64,000 nucleotides of DNA from an uncultured Verrucomicrobiae bacterium (GTDB lineage: Bacteria > Verrucomicrobiota > Verrucomicrobiia > Limisphaerales > JAHDYP01). Positions within the stretch are counted from its first letter, which is position 1. Each line of letters begins with the position of its first letter. The stretch lies in the NCBI GenBank assembly GCA_963765535.1, contig CAVXWU010000017.1, positions 34,891-98,890 on the forward strand, in the 5' to 3' direction. Position numbers and translations under genes: made by a program. The notes under the pieces are model-generated. The model searched no databases. It was not told the origin of the DNA and saw only the letters and a program-made list of their open reading frames with translations. Shown here piece by piece: positions 29,924 to 39,343 of the stretch.

Positions 29924-30126
29924 AGATAACTCATCCCTCTTAACTTGTTCATCACATACCGGCCATAAACCACCAGGGCCGCGCCGGCAACGATCGCCCC
30001 TGCGCCGTAGGCCAGTGACCCCCAACTGCCATTCTCGCGCCACTGCGTGATTCCCCAAATCGCCACAAACCCGCACAGCAGGATCGAAATCGCGACGAAC
30101 AGAAAGTGAAAGGCCTTAAGGCTCAT
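29920..30126 (-). CDS. Small two-TM protein
   Basis: MSLKAFHFLF...; overlaps both neighbours in the operon. Confidence 0.75.
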   Translation of the reverse strand: MSLKAFHFLFVAISILLCGFVAIWGITQWRENGSWGSLAYGAGAIVAGAALVVYGRYVMNKLRGMSYL

Positions 30127-30484
30127 GAGCTGTCGATAGGTGAGCTTGACCTGGAGGCAGATAACGATGGATCTCGCCCGGCGTATCAAAATGAGCGGAC
30201 ACCGTCAGAATCATCAACCCGAGGAAGAATACTGCGGTGATGGCCAGAAGCGTGTAAATGGAACGCTTTTCCGAAACAAGATGCATGAAAAACCCGGCGA
30301 CCAAGCCCGCTTTCAGCACCGCGATGATCAAAGCCACCGTCACGTTACCCGCATGGCTGTCCGGACTGCCGAAGTGCACATAGGAAACGGCAACGGTCAG
30401 GATCGTCCCCACCAACAGGGCTACGAAGACCCCGATATACACCCGGATATGTTTCTTAAACGCGGCTGTGTCGTGCGCTTCCAT
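30116..30484 (-). CDS. ctaF: Cytochrome c oxidase subunit IV
   Basis: Y..VF.ALL..T.LT, IA..KA.LV..FFMHL..E. Confidence 0.88.
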   Translation of the reverse strand: MEAHDTAAFKKHIRVYIGVFVALLVGTILTVAVSYVHFGSPDSHAGNVTVALIIAVLKAGLVAGFFMHLVSEKRSIYTLLAITAVFFLGLMILTVSAHFDTPGEIHRYLPPGQAHLSTAHEP

Positions 30485-30495
30485 AATAATTCACA

Positions 30496-31090
30496 TCAAA
30501 GCAAGTAAAGCACAGGAAACAAAAAGATCCAGACCAGGTCCACGAAATGCCAAAACAACCCTGAAACCTCCACCCGGTTCGTCAGCCGTTCCGGATCGGT
30601 TCGCCACATCTTCGAGCCTGGTCCCCAGAGATAGGCATTGACGCTCATGCCGCCCAGCACGTGCAAGGCGTGCAAACCCGTCAGCGTAAAATAGATTGAA
30701 TAAAAAGTATGGGTGGCGGGAAAGAGCCCATGATGGAACTTCTCCCGGGTACTCAAAACCCTTGATGACGATAAACAGGAAACCCAGCAGGATGGTGAGA
30801 CCCAGGAACAACTTGTACTTGTCAAAGTCTCGCAGCTTCAGCGAAGCCCAGGCCATGACCATGGTGATACTCGAAGTGATCAGCACCCCCGTATTGAAAG
30901 TGCCGATCGGCACATTCAAATGTTTCGCTTCCCCATATAACCACGCCGGCGAACTCACGCGCAGCAGGATATACGAGGAAAACAACGCCCCAAATAACAT
31001 CACTTCCGAAGCCAGAAACAACCAAATCCCCACCTTGGCGTTGAACAGCCCCGTGTCCTCCCGCGGTTGAACGGTATACGGTATATCCAT
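30496..31090 (-). CDS. ctaE: Cytochrome c oxidase subunit III, frameshifted in this sequence
   Basis: WLFLASEVMLF, LITSS in one frame and TGLHALHV, FWHFVDLVW in another; removing one G at 30747-30749 joins them (EY-R-EKFHH). Confidence 0.9.
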
Positions 31091-31096
31091 GGTCGC

Positions 31097-32944
31097 TCAG
31101 GATAAAGTGGGTTTGTTCTGGGGCGAGTAGTCCCGGTCCTCGCCGGGAACGCTATACTCATAAGGACCCCGATAGACGCGGATCGGTTTGATGAAATTGC
31201 CATGTGGCGGCGGCGTTGGCGTCTGCCACTCCAAAGTGGTCGCATGCCAGGGATTGTCGGATTCGACCTTGCGACCGCGCCGCAGGCTGATAAAGAAATT
31301 CAGAATGAACGGCAACTGGGCCAGGGCGAGGGCAAACGCCGAGATCGAGATCCATCGATGCAGATCGATCGCATAGGCCGGCAACCCCACAACCCCCAAT
31401 GATGGATCGGCCGCGCCCGCGTAAGTGGCCCCTCCGTCATAGGTCCGCCGATGCAATCCGGCCATGCCCTGGACAAACATCGGCATGAACACCCCGTTCA
31501 TGAACACGAGCGAGAGCCAGAAATGCACCTTGCCCCAGAACTCGTTGAGAAACCGCCCCGTGACCTTCGGATACCAGTGATAAATCCCGGCGAAAATCGC
31601 GAAGATCGTCCCGGGCGCAACCACGTAGTGGAAATGGCCGATCACATAATAGGTGTCGTGCAGGTGGATGTCCGTATAGCTGAAACCGAGCGGCAACCCC
31701 GTCAGCCCGCCAATCCCGAACATTGGCAGAAATGCCAGCGCAAAAAGCATTGGCGGATTGAACCGGATCGAGCCCCCCCACAAAGAAATGAATAAACAGG
31801 TCAGAATGATCACCGACGGGATCGAGATGATCATCGTGGTGGTTTGGAAGAAAGTGGCGATCTTCGTCCCCATTCCCGTCAAATACATATGATGGGCCCA
31901 TACAATGAATGAGAGAAAGCCGATCGCCAGCGCCGAGTAAACCAGCGAACGATAACCCCATAAGGGCTTGCGGGTGTTGACCGCAATGATCTCCGCCACC
32001 ATCCCCAGCCCGGGAAGGATCAAGACATACACCTCCGGATGGGCCAGAAACCAAAACAGATGCTGCCATAACAATGGACTGCCTCCCCCGCTCCGTCCCA
32101 GCGGCGTCCCTCCCACCACCAAACCAGTAGGCAAAAAGAAGCTCGTGCCGAAAAGATTGTCCATCAATTGCATGATCCCCGCCGCCTCAAGCGGCGGAAA
32201 GGCCAGCAACAACAGGAATGAAGTCACAAACATCGCCCAAACAAAAAACGGGAGCCGCAGCCAAGTCATTCCCTCGGCCCGCAATTGAACTATGGTGGCG
32301 ATGAAATTGACCGAACCCAACAGCGAGGAAGTGATCAACAACACCATCCCGATCAACCAAAACGTCTGCCCGTCCCACTGCCGGGCCAGGTCCGCCAGGG
32401 TCGCCAGGGGTGAATATGACGTCCATCCCGACTTGGCCGCTCCGCCAGGTATGAAAAAACTCGTGAACATGACTACACCACCGAGGAAATAACACTGGTA
32501 GCTGGCCAGGTTGATCCGCGGGAAGGTCATGTCCGGCGCCCCAATCTGAAGCGGCACCACGTAATTTCCAAACGCCGCGAAGCCGACCGGCACGATCGCC
32601 AGAAAGACCATGATCGTCCCGTGCATCGCTCCAAATGAATTGTACAAATCCGGCAACATCAGCCCCATCCGGTTCGCGGAGTCGCGCCCGACCATCTCCC
32701 CCCCCAGCACCCAGTGGAGAAATTCCCCCACCACCGGAATCGCCCGCTCCGGATACGCCAACTGCCAGCGCATCACCAACATCAGCAGGAGTCCGAAAAA
32801 GAGAAAACCCAGGCCCGTAAGCCCATACTGAATCCCGATCACCTTATGGTCGGTCGAAAAGACGTAACTGCGCCAGAACCCGGGAGATTCATGTCCGTGG
32901 ACATGCGCCTCATGGACCGGCTCGATGGCAACCGTGCTTTGCAT
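31097..32944 (-). CDS. ctaD: Cytochrome c oxidase subunit I (A1-like)
   Basis: STDHKVIG, HGTIM, GWTSY.PL, WFLAHPEVY, VWAHHM, HDTYY..GHFHY. Confidence 0.96.
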   Translation of the reverse strand: MQSTVAIEPVHEAHVHGHESPGFWRSYVFSTDHKVIGIQYGLTGLGFLFFGLLLMLVMRWQLAYPERAIPVVGEFLHWVLGGEMVGRDSANRMGLMLPDLYNSFGAMHGTIMVFLAIVPVGFAAFGNYVVPLQIGAPDMTFPRINLASYQCYFLGGVVMFTSFFIPGGAAKSGWTSYSPLATLADLARQWDGQTFWLIGMVLLITSSLLGSVNFIATIVQLRAEGMTWLRLPFFVWAMFVTSFLLLLAFPPLEAAGIMQLMDNLFGTSFFLPTGLVVGGTPLGRSGGGSPLLWQHLFWFLAHPEVYVLILPGLGMVAEIIAVNTRKPLWGYRSLVYSALAIGFLSFIVWAHHMYLTGMGTKIATFFQTTTMIISIPSVIILTCLFISLWGGSIRFNPPMLFALAFLPMFGIGGLTGLPLGFSYTDIHLHDTYYVIGHFHYVVAPGTIFAIFAGIYHWYPKVTGRFLNEFWGKVHFWLSLVFMNGVFMPMFVQGMAGLHRRTYDGGATYAGAADPSLGVVGLPAYAIDLHRWISISAFALALAQLPFILNFFISLRRGRKVESDNPWHATTLEWQTPTPPPHGNFIKPIRVYRGPYEYSVPGEDRDYSPQNKPTLS

Positions 32945-33036
32945 GCTTATGCGACGTAAGTTTCAGTCACAAGTAACGTAATTTAAACTTTTGAACGGCG
33001 GAGCTTAGTGCGCGCACCGTCTCTGTCAATCCCTCA

Positions 33037-33930
33037 TCATCGCTTGTCCGCCAACATCAGACCCAACAATAACGGTAGATACAGAATCGATGCGTAGAAA
33101 AGTGCGCGGGCCCGCACGTCCGAACGTTCGCGGCGGAATTGGTGCGCGCGCATGGCGAAGAACAGGCCCGACGCGATCGCCCCGGCCAGGTAGATGGGAC
33201 CGGTCAAGCCGCAAATCCAGGGCAGGGTACTGGCCCCCAACAAGAGCCAGCAGAAAATAACCGCTTGTCCCGCCGTCCGCCGCCCCGTGGGATCGATACC
33301 CGGAAGCATGGCAAATCCGGCTCGCCGGTAATCATCCCGGTACAACCAGGCGATGGCGAAGAAGTGCGGTATCTGCCACAAGCCAAGGATGGCAAACAAT
33401 GTCCAGCCCGGACCCTCGAGACTCCCGTGAGCCGCGGTCCATCCCATCAATGGGGGCAATGCCCCGGGCACCGCGCCGACGATCGTGTTCCACCATGTGA
33501 CTCGCTTGAGCGGGGTGTAAATGCAGAGATAGGTGAGCAACGTCACGGCGCCGAGGAGACACGACGCGGGATTCACACTCAGCGCCAGGTAGAGGAGCCC
33601 CGCCGCCGAGGAGGCGGTTCCCAAGAGCAGCACTGTTTCCGGTTGCAGCCGCCGGGCAGGGAGCGGTCGATCCTCTGTTCGGCGCATGGCCGCGTCAAAA
33701 TCCCGCTCGAGCCATTGATTCAATGCCGCCGCCCCACTGGCCAGCAACCCGGTGCCCAGGAGGAGGTGCAATGCGCCGAACATGCCATTGCCGCCTTCGG
33801 TTCCCAGATGAAATCCCACCAGCGCGGTCAGCAGAACCAAAAAGGTCAGGCGCGCCTTGATCAGGTCCGCCGCCACACCGAACCATGCGCGTTCGTTGAG
33901 GACCTCGAGGGATGTCGCTCTTGCTTTCAT
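33037..33930 (-). CDS. ctaB: Protoheme IX farnesyltransferase (heme o synthase)
   Basis: NQWLERDFD..M.RT..RPLP, YTPLKR, GALPPLMGW, WQIPHF. Confidence 0.94.
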   Translation of the reverse strand: MKARATSLEVLNERAWFGVAADLIKARLTFLVLLTALVGFHLGTEGGNGMFGALHLLLGTGLLASGAAALNQWLERDFDAAMRRTEDRPLPARRLQPETVLLLGTASSAAGLLYLALSVNPASCLLGAVTLLTYLCIYTPLKRVTWWNTIVGAVPGALPPLMGWTAAHGSLEGPGWTLFAILGLWQIPHFFAIAWLYRDDYRRAGFAMLPGIDPTGRRTAGQAVIFCWLLLGASTLPWICGLTGPIYLAGAIASGLFFAMRAHQFRRERSDVRARALFYASILYLPLLLGLMLADKR

Positions 33931-35009
33931 GCGTTCCCAGGGTGGCCGATGGACGCGGGGCCGGTTTCAGGAGCCCAAGGGACAGGTTCCATTCGAGGAC
34001 GGCGCGCTGCAACCGGGGAAAGCTGACGCATGGCCACAATGGACAACAATGCCCCAACGCAGAGGGCGATCGAACCCACGGCCACATGTGCGGTGGCCAC
34101 GTCGGCCGCTTTCCCGCTCCAAATGGTAAACGCGCCCAGACCCGCCTGAACTCCGATCAATCCCACCCAGGTCCGGCACACGCGTGTGATCGGATGCCGT
34201 CGGCCTAAGTGCTTTCCGGCGCGGATTGCGCATCCCCCTACGGCCAACAGAATCCCAACTGCCATGAAGCGATGGAGCATCTGCAGATGAATGTCGCCGG
34301 CCGTGATCGAATTGAGTGCGGTTTCTTCCACCCGGTCCCGGTTATACTTGGCGAGCGAGCCCGGATCCGTCGCGGGCCACACTCTTCCATACGCCATCGG
34401 GAAGTCCGGAATCGCCAACCCGGCGTGCCGATGGCGCATCGACGCCCCGACCAGCAATTGGACCAGGATGAAACCGGTGGTGCCTAAAATGAGCCACCGC
34501 AGTCGCCCGTTCTCGCGTTCCGGCCTGGTCCCGGGCAAACCATTCAACCAGTATCCGCTCGTGAACAACGCGATCGCCGCCACCACCGCCAGGAAGATCT
34601 GGGCCAGGGCACCGTGCACCAGACCTAACTGATCCTTTAACAACACAACCCGTAGTCCCCCCAGGACTCCCTGGAGCACCACCAGGACAAAGGCCGCCAC
34701 TCCGAGCCACCGCAGCCATCGCCTCGATTCCTTCATCCAAAGCCAAACCGCAAGGATAGCCGTCAATAATCCCACGCCGGATGCCACCAGCCGATGTGTG
34801 TGTTCGTAGAAAATCCCCCCAGCCCACATCGATACCGGAAACAAGAACATGTTATACCCCCAGGAATTCGGCCAGTCCGGCACGGCCAACCCCGCCTCAT
34901 GGCTGGTCACCAATCCGCCAAAACAGATCAAAACCAGGGTGGCCGCGGCGGTCAGCATGGCAAACCGATGCAAGGCCGTTTGACGTTTAGGTGTGGTCAT
35001 GATCCGCAT
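33927..35009 (-). CDS. ctaA: Heme A synthase (COX15/CtaA)
   Basis: GGLVTS..AGLAVPDWP, EHTHR, QGVLGG, H, MLHR, TAH. Confidence 0.9.
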   Translation of the reverse strand: MRIMTTPKRQTALHRFAMLTAAATLVLICFGGLVTSHEAGLAVPDWPNSWGYNMFLFPVSMWAGGIFYEHTHRLVASGVGLLTAILAVWLWMKESRRWLRWLGVAAFVLVVLQGVLGGLRVVLLKDQLGLVHGALAQIFLAVVAAIALFTSGYWLNGLPGTRPERENGRLRWLILGTTGFILVQLLVGASMRHRHAGLAIPDFPMAYGRVWPATDPGSLAKYNRDRVEETALNSITAGDIHLQMLHRFMAVGILLAVGGCAIRAGKHLGRRHPITRVCRTWVGLIGVQAGLGAFTIWSGKAADVATAHVAVGSIALCVGALLSIVAMRQLSPVAARRPRMEPVPWAPETGPASIGHPGNA

Positions 35010-35103
35010 GGTGCATCCTGCTGCTCGCGCCGCGACAGGACTCGACCTCGGCGATGCGCACCATCGCATTCCCCATGGTTGAAACGAAAACCAATCCTCC
35101 CAG

Positions 35104-35823
35104 CTATTGAGCCGCCTCGATTGTGAATTCCACCTGCATGTCCCCGGCCACCGCGATCTCCTTGGTCAGTCCCCCATTGGATCGATGCGTCTTTGCGTGC
35201 CACGCTTCGAGGGTGTACTTCCCGTTCGGCAAGCCGCTGATCTTGAATTTCCCGTCCTTGTCCGTGACCGCGAAAAAGGGATGATCAAAGACGCCCGCGT
35301 AAGCAAACATCCATGGATGCACATCACACTTGAACCGGATCGGGACCTCCGCCGCGGAAAAGCTTTTCTCGGTGGTCATGCCCTTCACGGGCTGGGCGAA
35401 ATTGAACTCGGCATTGCCGCTGCCGCTGGATGGCGTGGCGTGCACGTTGTGTAGCGTCGGGTCCGAGTTGCGAATCACGAACTTCTGGTTCGTCCGCAAC
35501 GCCATCACATAAGGTTGATACTCGCAGCCCGTCTGATCCAGGATCGGTGTTTCCGTCGGCATCGGGTAATCCTTCTTTTCCAAACCCGATTTCACAAAGA
35601 CCAGGACGTTGGCCAGACCATCATCCGCCCCCACGACATAATGACGCGTCGTGACTTTTTCGGTATGCAACGCGGCGCACCGAGGGTCGGGGGTCATGTC
35701 GATCGTGATCTCCGATTTGGGGGTTCCTTTCAAAACGACGCGGCCGGTGATATCGGCACCCAACCCTGAAGAAACGCTGGCGATAAACAGAACGGCGAAA
35801 ACGTAAGGAGCATTAATTCTCAT
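35104..35823 (-). CDS. Secreted cupredoxin-like / carboxypeptidase-regulatory-like domain protein
   Basis: Signal peptide; LDQ.GC.Y.P, NSD..LHNVH, FKCDVHPWM, FAVTD.DG.F.I.GLP.G.Y. Confidence 0.8.
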   Translation of the reverse strand: MRINAPYVFAVLFIASVSSGLGADITGRVVLKGTPKSEITIDMTPDPRCAALHTEKVTTRHYVVGADDGLANVLVFVKSGLEKKDYPMPTETPILDQTGCEYQPYVMALRTNQKFVIRNSDPTLHNVHATPSSGSGNAEFNFAQPVKGMTTEKSFSAAEVPIRFKCDVHPWMFAYAGVFDHPFFAVTDKDGKFKISGLPNGKYTLEAWHAKTHRSNGGLTKEIAVAGDMQVEFTIEAAQ

Positions 35824-35925
35824 GAGTATGACGTAACTTAATTTATTTTTGGCCGGTGAACCTAACACGCCCTAATTGCACCCGCAAGCCGTTTATCCCG
35901 GTGCCTCAAGACGCGAATTGCATTC

Positions 35926-36017
35926 CCAGCGAAGCTCCGCCTCAAACCGACCCAGTCGTTTCGGACTGATGCTCACCCCAAAGTTTCGCTGGTCGGTTTG
36001 AGGCGGAGCTTCGTTGG
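35926..36017. repeat. Long intergenic inverted repeat (hairpin)
   Basis: CCAGCGAAGCTCCGCCTCAAACCGACC (35926-35952) pairs with 35991-36017 with one G-T pair. Confidence 0.85.
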
Positions 36018-36047
36018 CCTGTGAAGCAGGCTAGTGGCTCTGCATCC

Positions 36048-36120
36048 GCCGCGTGGGGGCACGCGGCCTACAAGGAGAACGGCTTCAGCCTGCAGACCCG
36101 GTGCCCTCAGCGGGCGTCCG
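36048..36120. repeat. GTAG-type REP element plus a degenerate opposite-orientation copy
   Basis: Minus strand GTAG-GCCGCGTG-ccc-CACGCGGC (36048-36071); degenerate copy near 36092-36120. Confidence 0.6.
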
Positions 36121-36209
36121 GCCAGCACCGCCAACTTGAGGATGCACTGTCAGGACGCTCCGTTTCGCCCCGGCATTGCTCGCCCTCTTTAAACCTCTCC
36201 TTGAGGCAG

Positions 36210-37751
36210 TTATTGCGTGAGCCGATAAAATCGAGTGGTCCCAGTCATGGCCTCGGTGAACGTGTCGCCGGTGGTCGGTACGTCGGTCCAGTTGGGGTCA
36301 TCCAGGGCGTCCTTCGTCTGGAGGCGGTATCCCACGACGTTGGCCGGCCAGGAAACGGTGAGGCCACTGGCGTCCACGGACACGGACAATCGTGGTCCAG
36401 TCGGGACACCGGAACCGACCAATCGAAAGTACTGAGCGCCGAGATTTGTCGGCAAATCCTTTTCCATTACGCCCGAGGTGTCCGGGACATCGATCCATTT
36501 CGGGTCATCCAGATTCGTTTTGTATTGGAGCAGATAACCGGTGACGGTCCAGGCCAGGTGGATGGTTCCACCAGACACCTCGACGGTCAGTGTGGGTACC
36601 GTTCCCGAGTTCGGCACAACGCTTACCATGACCGGAATGGAAACCGCGGTTCCTCCCTGGTTATCGGTGGCGACCGCAGTGAGGATATAGTTACCCTCCG
36701 GCACGCCGGACCACGACCACGCATAGGGCGGCGAAGTCGCGCGCCCGAGGCTGTTCGTGCCTTCGAAGAATTCGACTTGGGTGATGGAGCCATCCGGGTC
36801 GCTTGCGGTCGCCTCGATTTGGAAAGTGGCTGGGGCAAACAATGAAGCACCCTCGCCGGGTTGAGTCAGTTCCACGGTGGGTGCTAGATTGACCAGGATT
36901 CCGCCGTCGGCGGTGAGATTGCGATAATCACCGATCAGATCGCCACCGAGGAAAGAAGACCAGACCCCATAGTAACCCACACGATGTTCCTGGGCCGGCG
37001 GCACGGGCAAAGTCGTGAGGAGTTCGATAACCCGGCCCACTTCCGTCGGCGTTCCGGCAACCTCGCCCTGATAAACACGACCGGTCACTCGGGCAGTGGC
37101 ATTGGTCACGACCTGCAAATCCTCCGCGGTGGGTGTCGAGAACTCGAGCTCGAATTGGGCGAATTCACTGGTCACGTAGTTCGTGGGATCCGACCAACCC
37201 GAGTCGAAGGAATTGAATGCGGGTGTGCCGTCGAGGTTATAGAGGAAATCGAAATTTTCGTTGGCCACGGGAGTGGTGCCCGTGAAATCGACATGCGACA
37301 ACTGAAACGAGAACGGCAAGTTTTCCCCGCCCGGAGCCGGCACTACCTTCAACAGGATGCCATTGCTGGCGCCGGCGTTGATCCAACCCATCACCCCACC
37401 CTGGTTGGCCGGGATGGCTGCCGCGGGTCGATACTCAGCCGAGACCCGGTAAACGGCCGAGGTGACTGTCGCATTGCCGGAATACCACACGGTGCGCAAC
37501 GCAGGGAATGGCGAGATGAACCCGAGATCAATCTGCTCGGCTACCAGGAATGTGCCCGAAGCGTCCACGCGCATGCTGGTGGTATTTCCGAAGGCAGTTT
37601 CCTCCAAATTGGACAGGCGGACCAAGCCGTTGGTGGTGGTCCCGTCATTGAGGATCGCCGCTTGCGAGACGCCGACACCGGCAGCTCCGATCAGCCCGAG
37701 AATGAGTATGCCCCGCCGGAGGCCGCACGACGGGCGCGATGAAGAATCCAT
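36210..37751 (-). CDS. Secreted protein with bacterial Ig-like domain and two C-terminal F[YF]RL domains
   Basis: Signal peptide; NLAPTV.LT.P...A.ASDPDGSI..VEFF.G...Y.LTAVATDN.G; duplicated ~60-aa tail. Confidence 0.85.
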   Translation of the reverse strand: MDSSSRPSCGLRRGILILGLIGAAGVGVSQAAILNDGTTTNGLVRLSNLEETAFGNTTSMRVDASGTFLVAEQIDLGFISPFPALRTVWYSGNATVTSAVYRVSAEYRPAAAIPANQGGVMGWINAGASNGILLKVVPAPGGENLPFSFQLSHVDFTGTTPVANENFDFLYNLDGTPAFNSFDSGWSDPTNYVTSEFAQFELEFSTPTAEDLQVVTNATARVTGRVYQGEVAGTPTEVGRVIELLTTLPVPPAQEHRVGYYGVWSSFLGGDLIGDYRNLTADGGILVNLAPTVELTQPGEGASLFAPATFQIEATASDPDGSITQVEFFEGTNSLGRATSPPYAWSWSGVPEGNYILTAVATDNQGGTAVSIPVMVSVVPNSGTVPTLTVEVSGGTIHLAWTVTGYLLQYKTNLDDPKWIDVPDTSGVMEKDLPTNLGAQYFRLVGSGVPTGPRLSVSVDASGLTVSWPANVVGYRLQTKDALDDPNWTDVPTTGDTFTEAMTGTTRFYRLTQ

Positions 37752-37887
37752 GGTTGTCTTGTTGTTTCCGATTCCGGCGTTTAAAGATCGAACATCCTCA
37801 GGCGCCGCGCCTCTCGGATTCCGCCGGGCGGTGGCGTCAAACTAGGTAGGGGGTAAACGCCCGTCAAGCCTTCTATCGGCGCGCTTA

Positions 37888-37948
37888 GTGGTCTGTTTCA
37901 TAAATACGGTCACGTTCGTTGCGCCCAATTTGGCCTGAGGCAAGGCGC
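37888..37948 (-). mobile_element. Truncated MITE copy (right end only)
   Basis: 61 bp identical to the reverse complement of the MITE right end, abutting TTA. Confidence 0.85.
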
Positions 37949-37971
37949 CGCCTCAGACCGCTGAACGAGTC

Positions 37972-39228
37972 TCATCCACAGAAACGCTGGAAAGCACCTC
38001 CCATGAGCGTGCGCACGTCGCGCTGCATCTCCTGCATGGAAGGTTCCCATCCGGTTTCGATCAACTCACCGTATTTCTCGGTCAACACACGCGCCAGGAT
38101 CGCGCGGTAATGGTCCCATTTGTAGATCAACTGGTCCAGCACCCGGGCGTCGGAATGTTGGCAGGTGAAATCGAACCCGAGCATTTCCAACCGCATTCGG
38201 GTAATCGCCTCTGCCGCGTACGGCACGTTGCTAAACCACCAACAGCCGAAAAGATGCAGATTCCGAAACTTCCGCGCCAGCACGCACAACGCGTGCTGGT
38301 TCTCCAGGGAAAGGACCGTCACCAGAAACCGGTTCGCCGGAAACGCCGAACACAAATTCCGCAGTGCCCGCAAATCACTCGCCTCCATCCCATCCCCGGC
38401 CATCCTCAACTCCGGGTTGACCCCGCGTCGAACCCCGAGCATCAGGGCCATGGGCAGGCCCGCTTCCCGGCAAAAAGGGAGGATCGCTCGATCGAGCAAC
38501 CCGGCGCACATCGTCTTTGCGGGGAAGGTGAAGTCCGGTGGTAACGACACCATGAGATATTGAGCGCGCATGCGCTCGGTGCAGTCCGACAGGAAGCTCT
38601 TCACCCCGTCCACAGTGCGCTGCGAAAGCGAATCGTTGACCTTGTAACCCCATGCCCCAAGCTTGCGGGCCGTCTCGGACCATTCCAGGAGCAGCGGATC
38701 CAGGCGTAACGCCGCCACAAACCGGTCATCCCGGCGGAAGCCCTTTTCCCAGAGCAGGCGTTCCTGGTCGTCGAACGGCGAATTGGTCATATGGACTTTC
38801 TCGACCCGCGCGGTTTCCATCACGAGATCGAGGTATTTGTCCGGAGTCTGTTTGGCAAACCAGCCCCGCACACCTTGCAGGTCCCGTTTCCAAACGTCGA
38901 AGCCGAGTCGGTTCAACGTGGTCACCACGCCCCGGCAGGCCTCCGAGATGGGCGAGTTCCTGACGAACAAGGCATCCCAAATGAGGTCCGCCTGGGCTGT
39001 GCGAGACAACTCCCAGAAATGATCGCACGGAAGGCTCAGGTTTCGCAGGCCTTCGGCGATGAGGTAATGGTAGACCAAAAGTTCATCGATCCCCCAAAGC
39101 ATCAAACGCTTGAAGGCGGGGTCGTAGAGATGGGTATGGATGTCACACACCGGGGTTGCGGCAACGATCCGTTCCACTCGACGTCGAAGATGGTCGAGCT
39201 TGGGGAGGTATGGCTTTGGGGCGTTCAC
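37972..39228 (-). CDS. Uronate isomerase-like amidohydrolase (divergent BH0493-type)
   Basis: DIHTHL, GIDELL.YHYL, MTNSPFD, GCWWF, QHSDARVLDQLIYKW.H. Confidence 0.85.
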   Translation of the reverse strand: MNAPKPYLPKLDHLRRRVERIVAATPVCDIHTHLYDPAFKRLMLWGIDELLVYHYLIAEGLRNLSLPCDHFWELSRTAQADLIWDALFVRNSPISEACRGVVTTLNRLGFDVWKRDLQGVRGWFAKQTPDKYLDLVMETARVEKVHMTNSPFDDQERLLWEKGFRRDDRFVAALRLDPLLLEWSETARKLGAWGYKVNDSLSQRTVDGVKSFLSDCTERMRAQYLMVSLPPDFTFPAKTMCAGLLDRAILPFCREAGLPMALMLGVRRGVNPELRMAGDGMEASDLRALRNLCSAFPANRFLVTVLSLENQHALCVLARKFRNLHLFGCWWFSNVPYAAEAITRMRLEMLGFDFTCQHSDARVLDQLIYKWDHYRAILARVLTEKYGELIETGWEPSMQEMQRDVRTLMGGAFQRFCG

Positions 39229-39343
39229 GGCTGGTAGATTACAAAACCAGCGGAGCCAAGGCCACTCCTATTTTAATGTCTAATTGTTTCCGACGCGTGC
39301 CCCCAAAATGGCGACAGACCGGGGCATAAGCGCTGGCAGGCAG

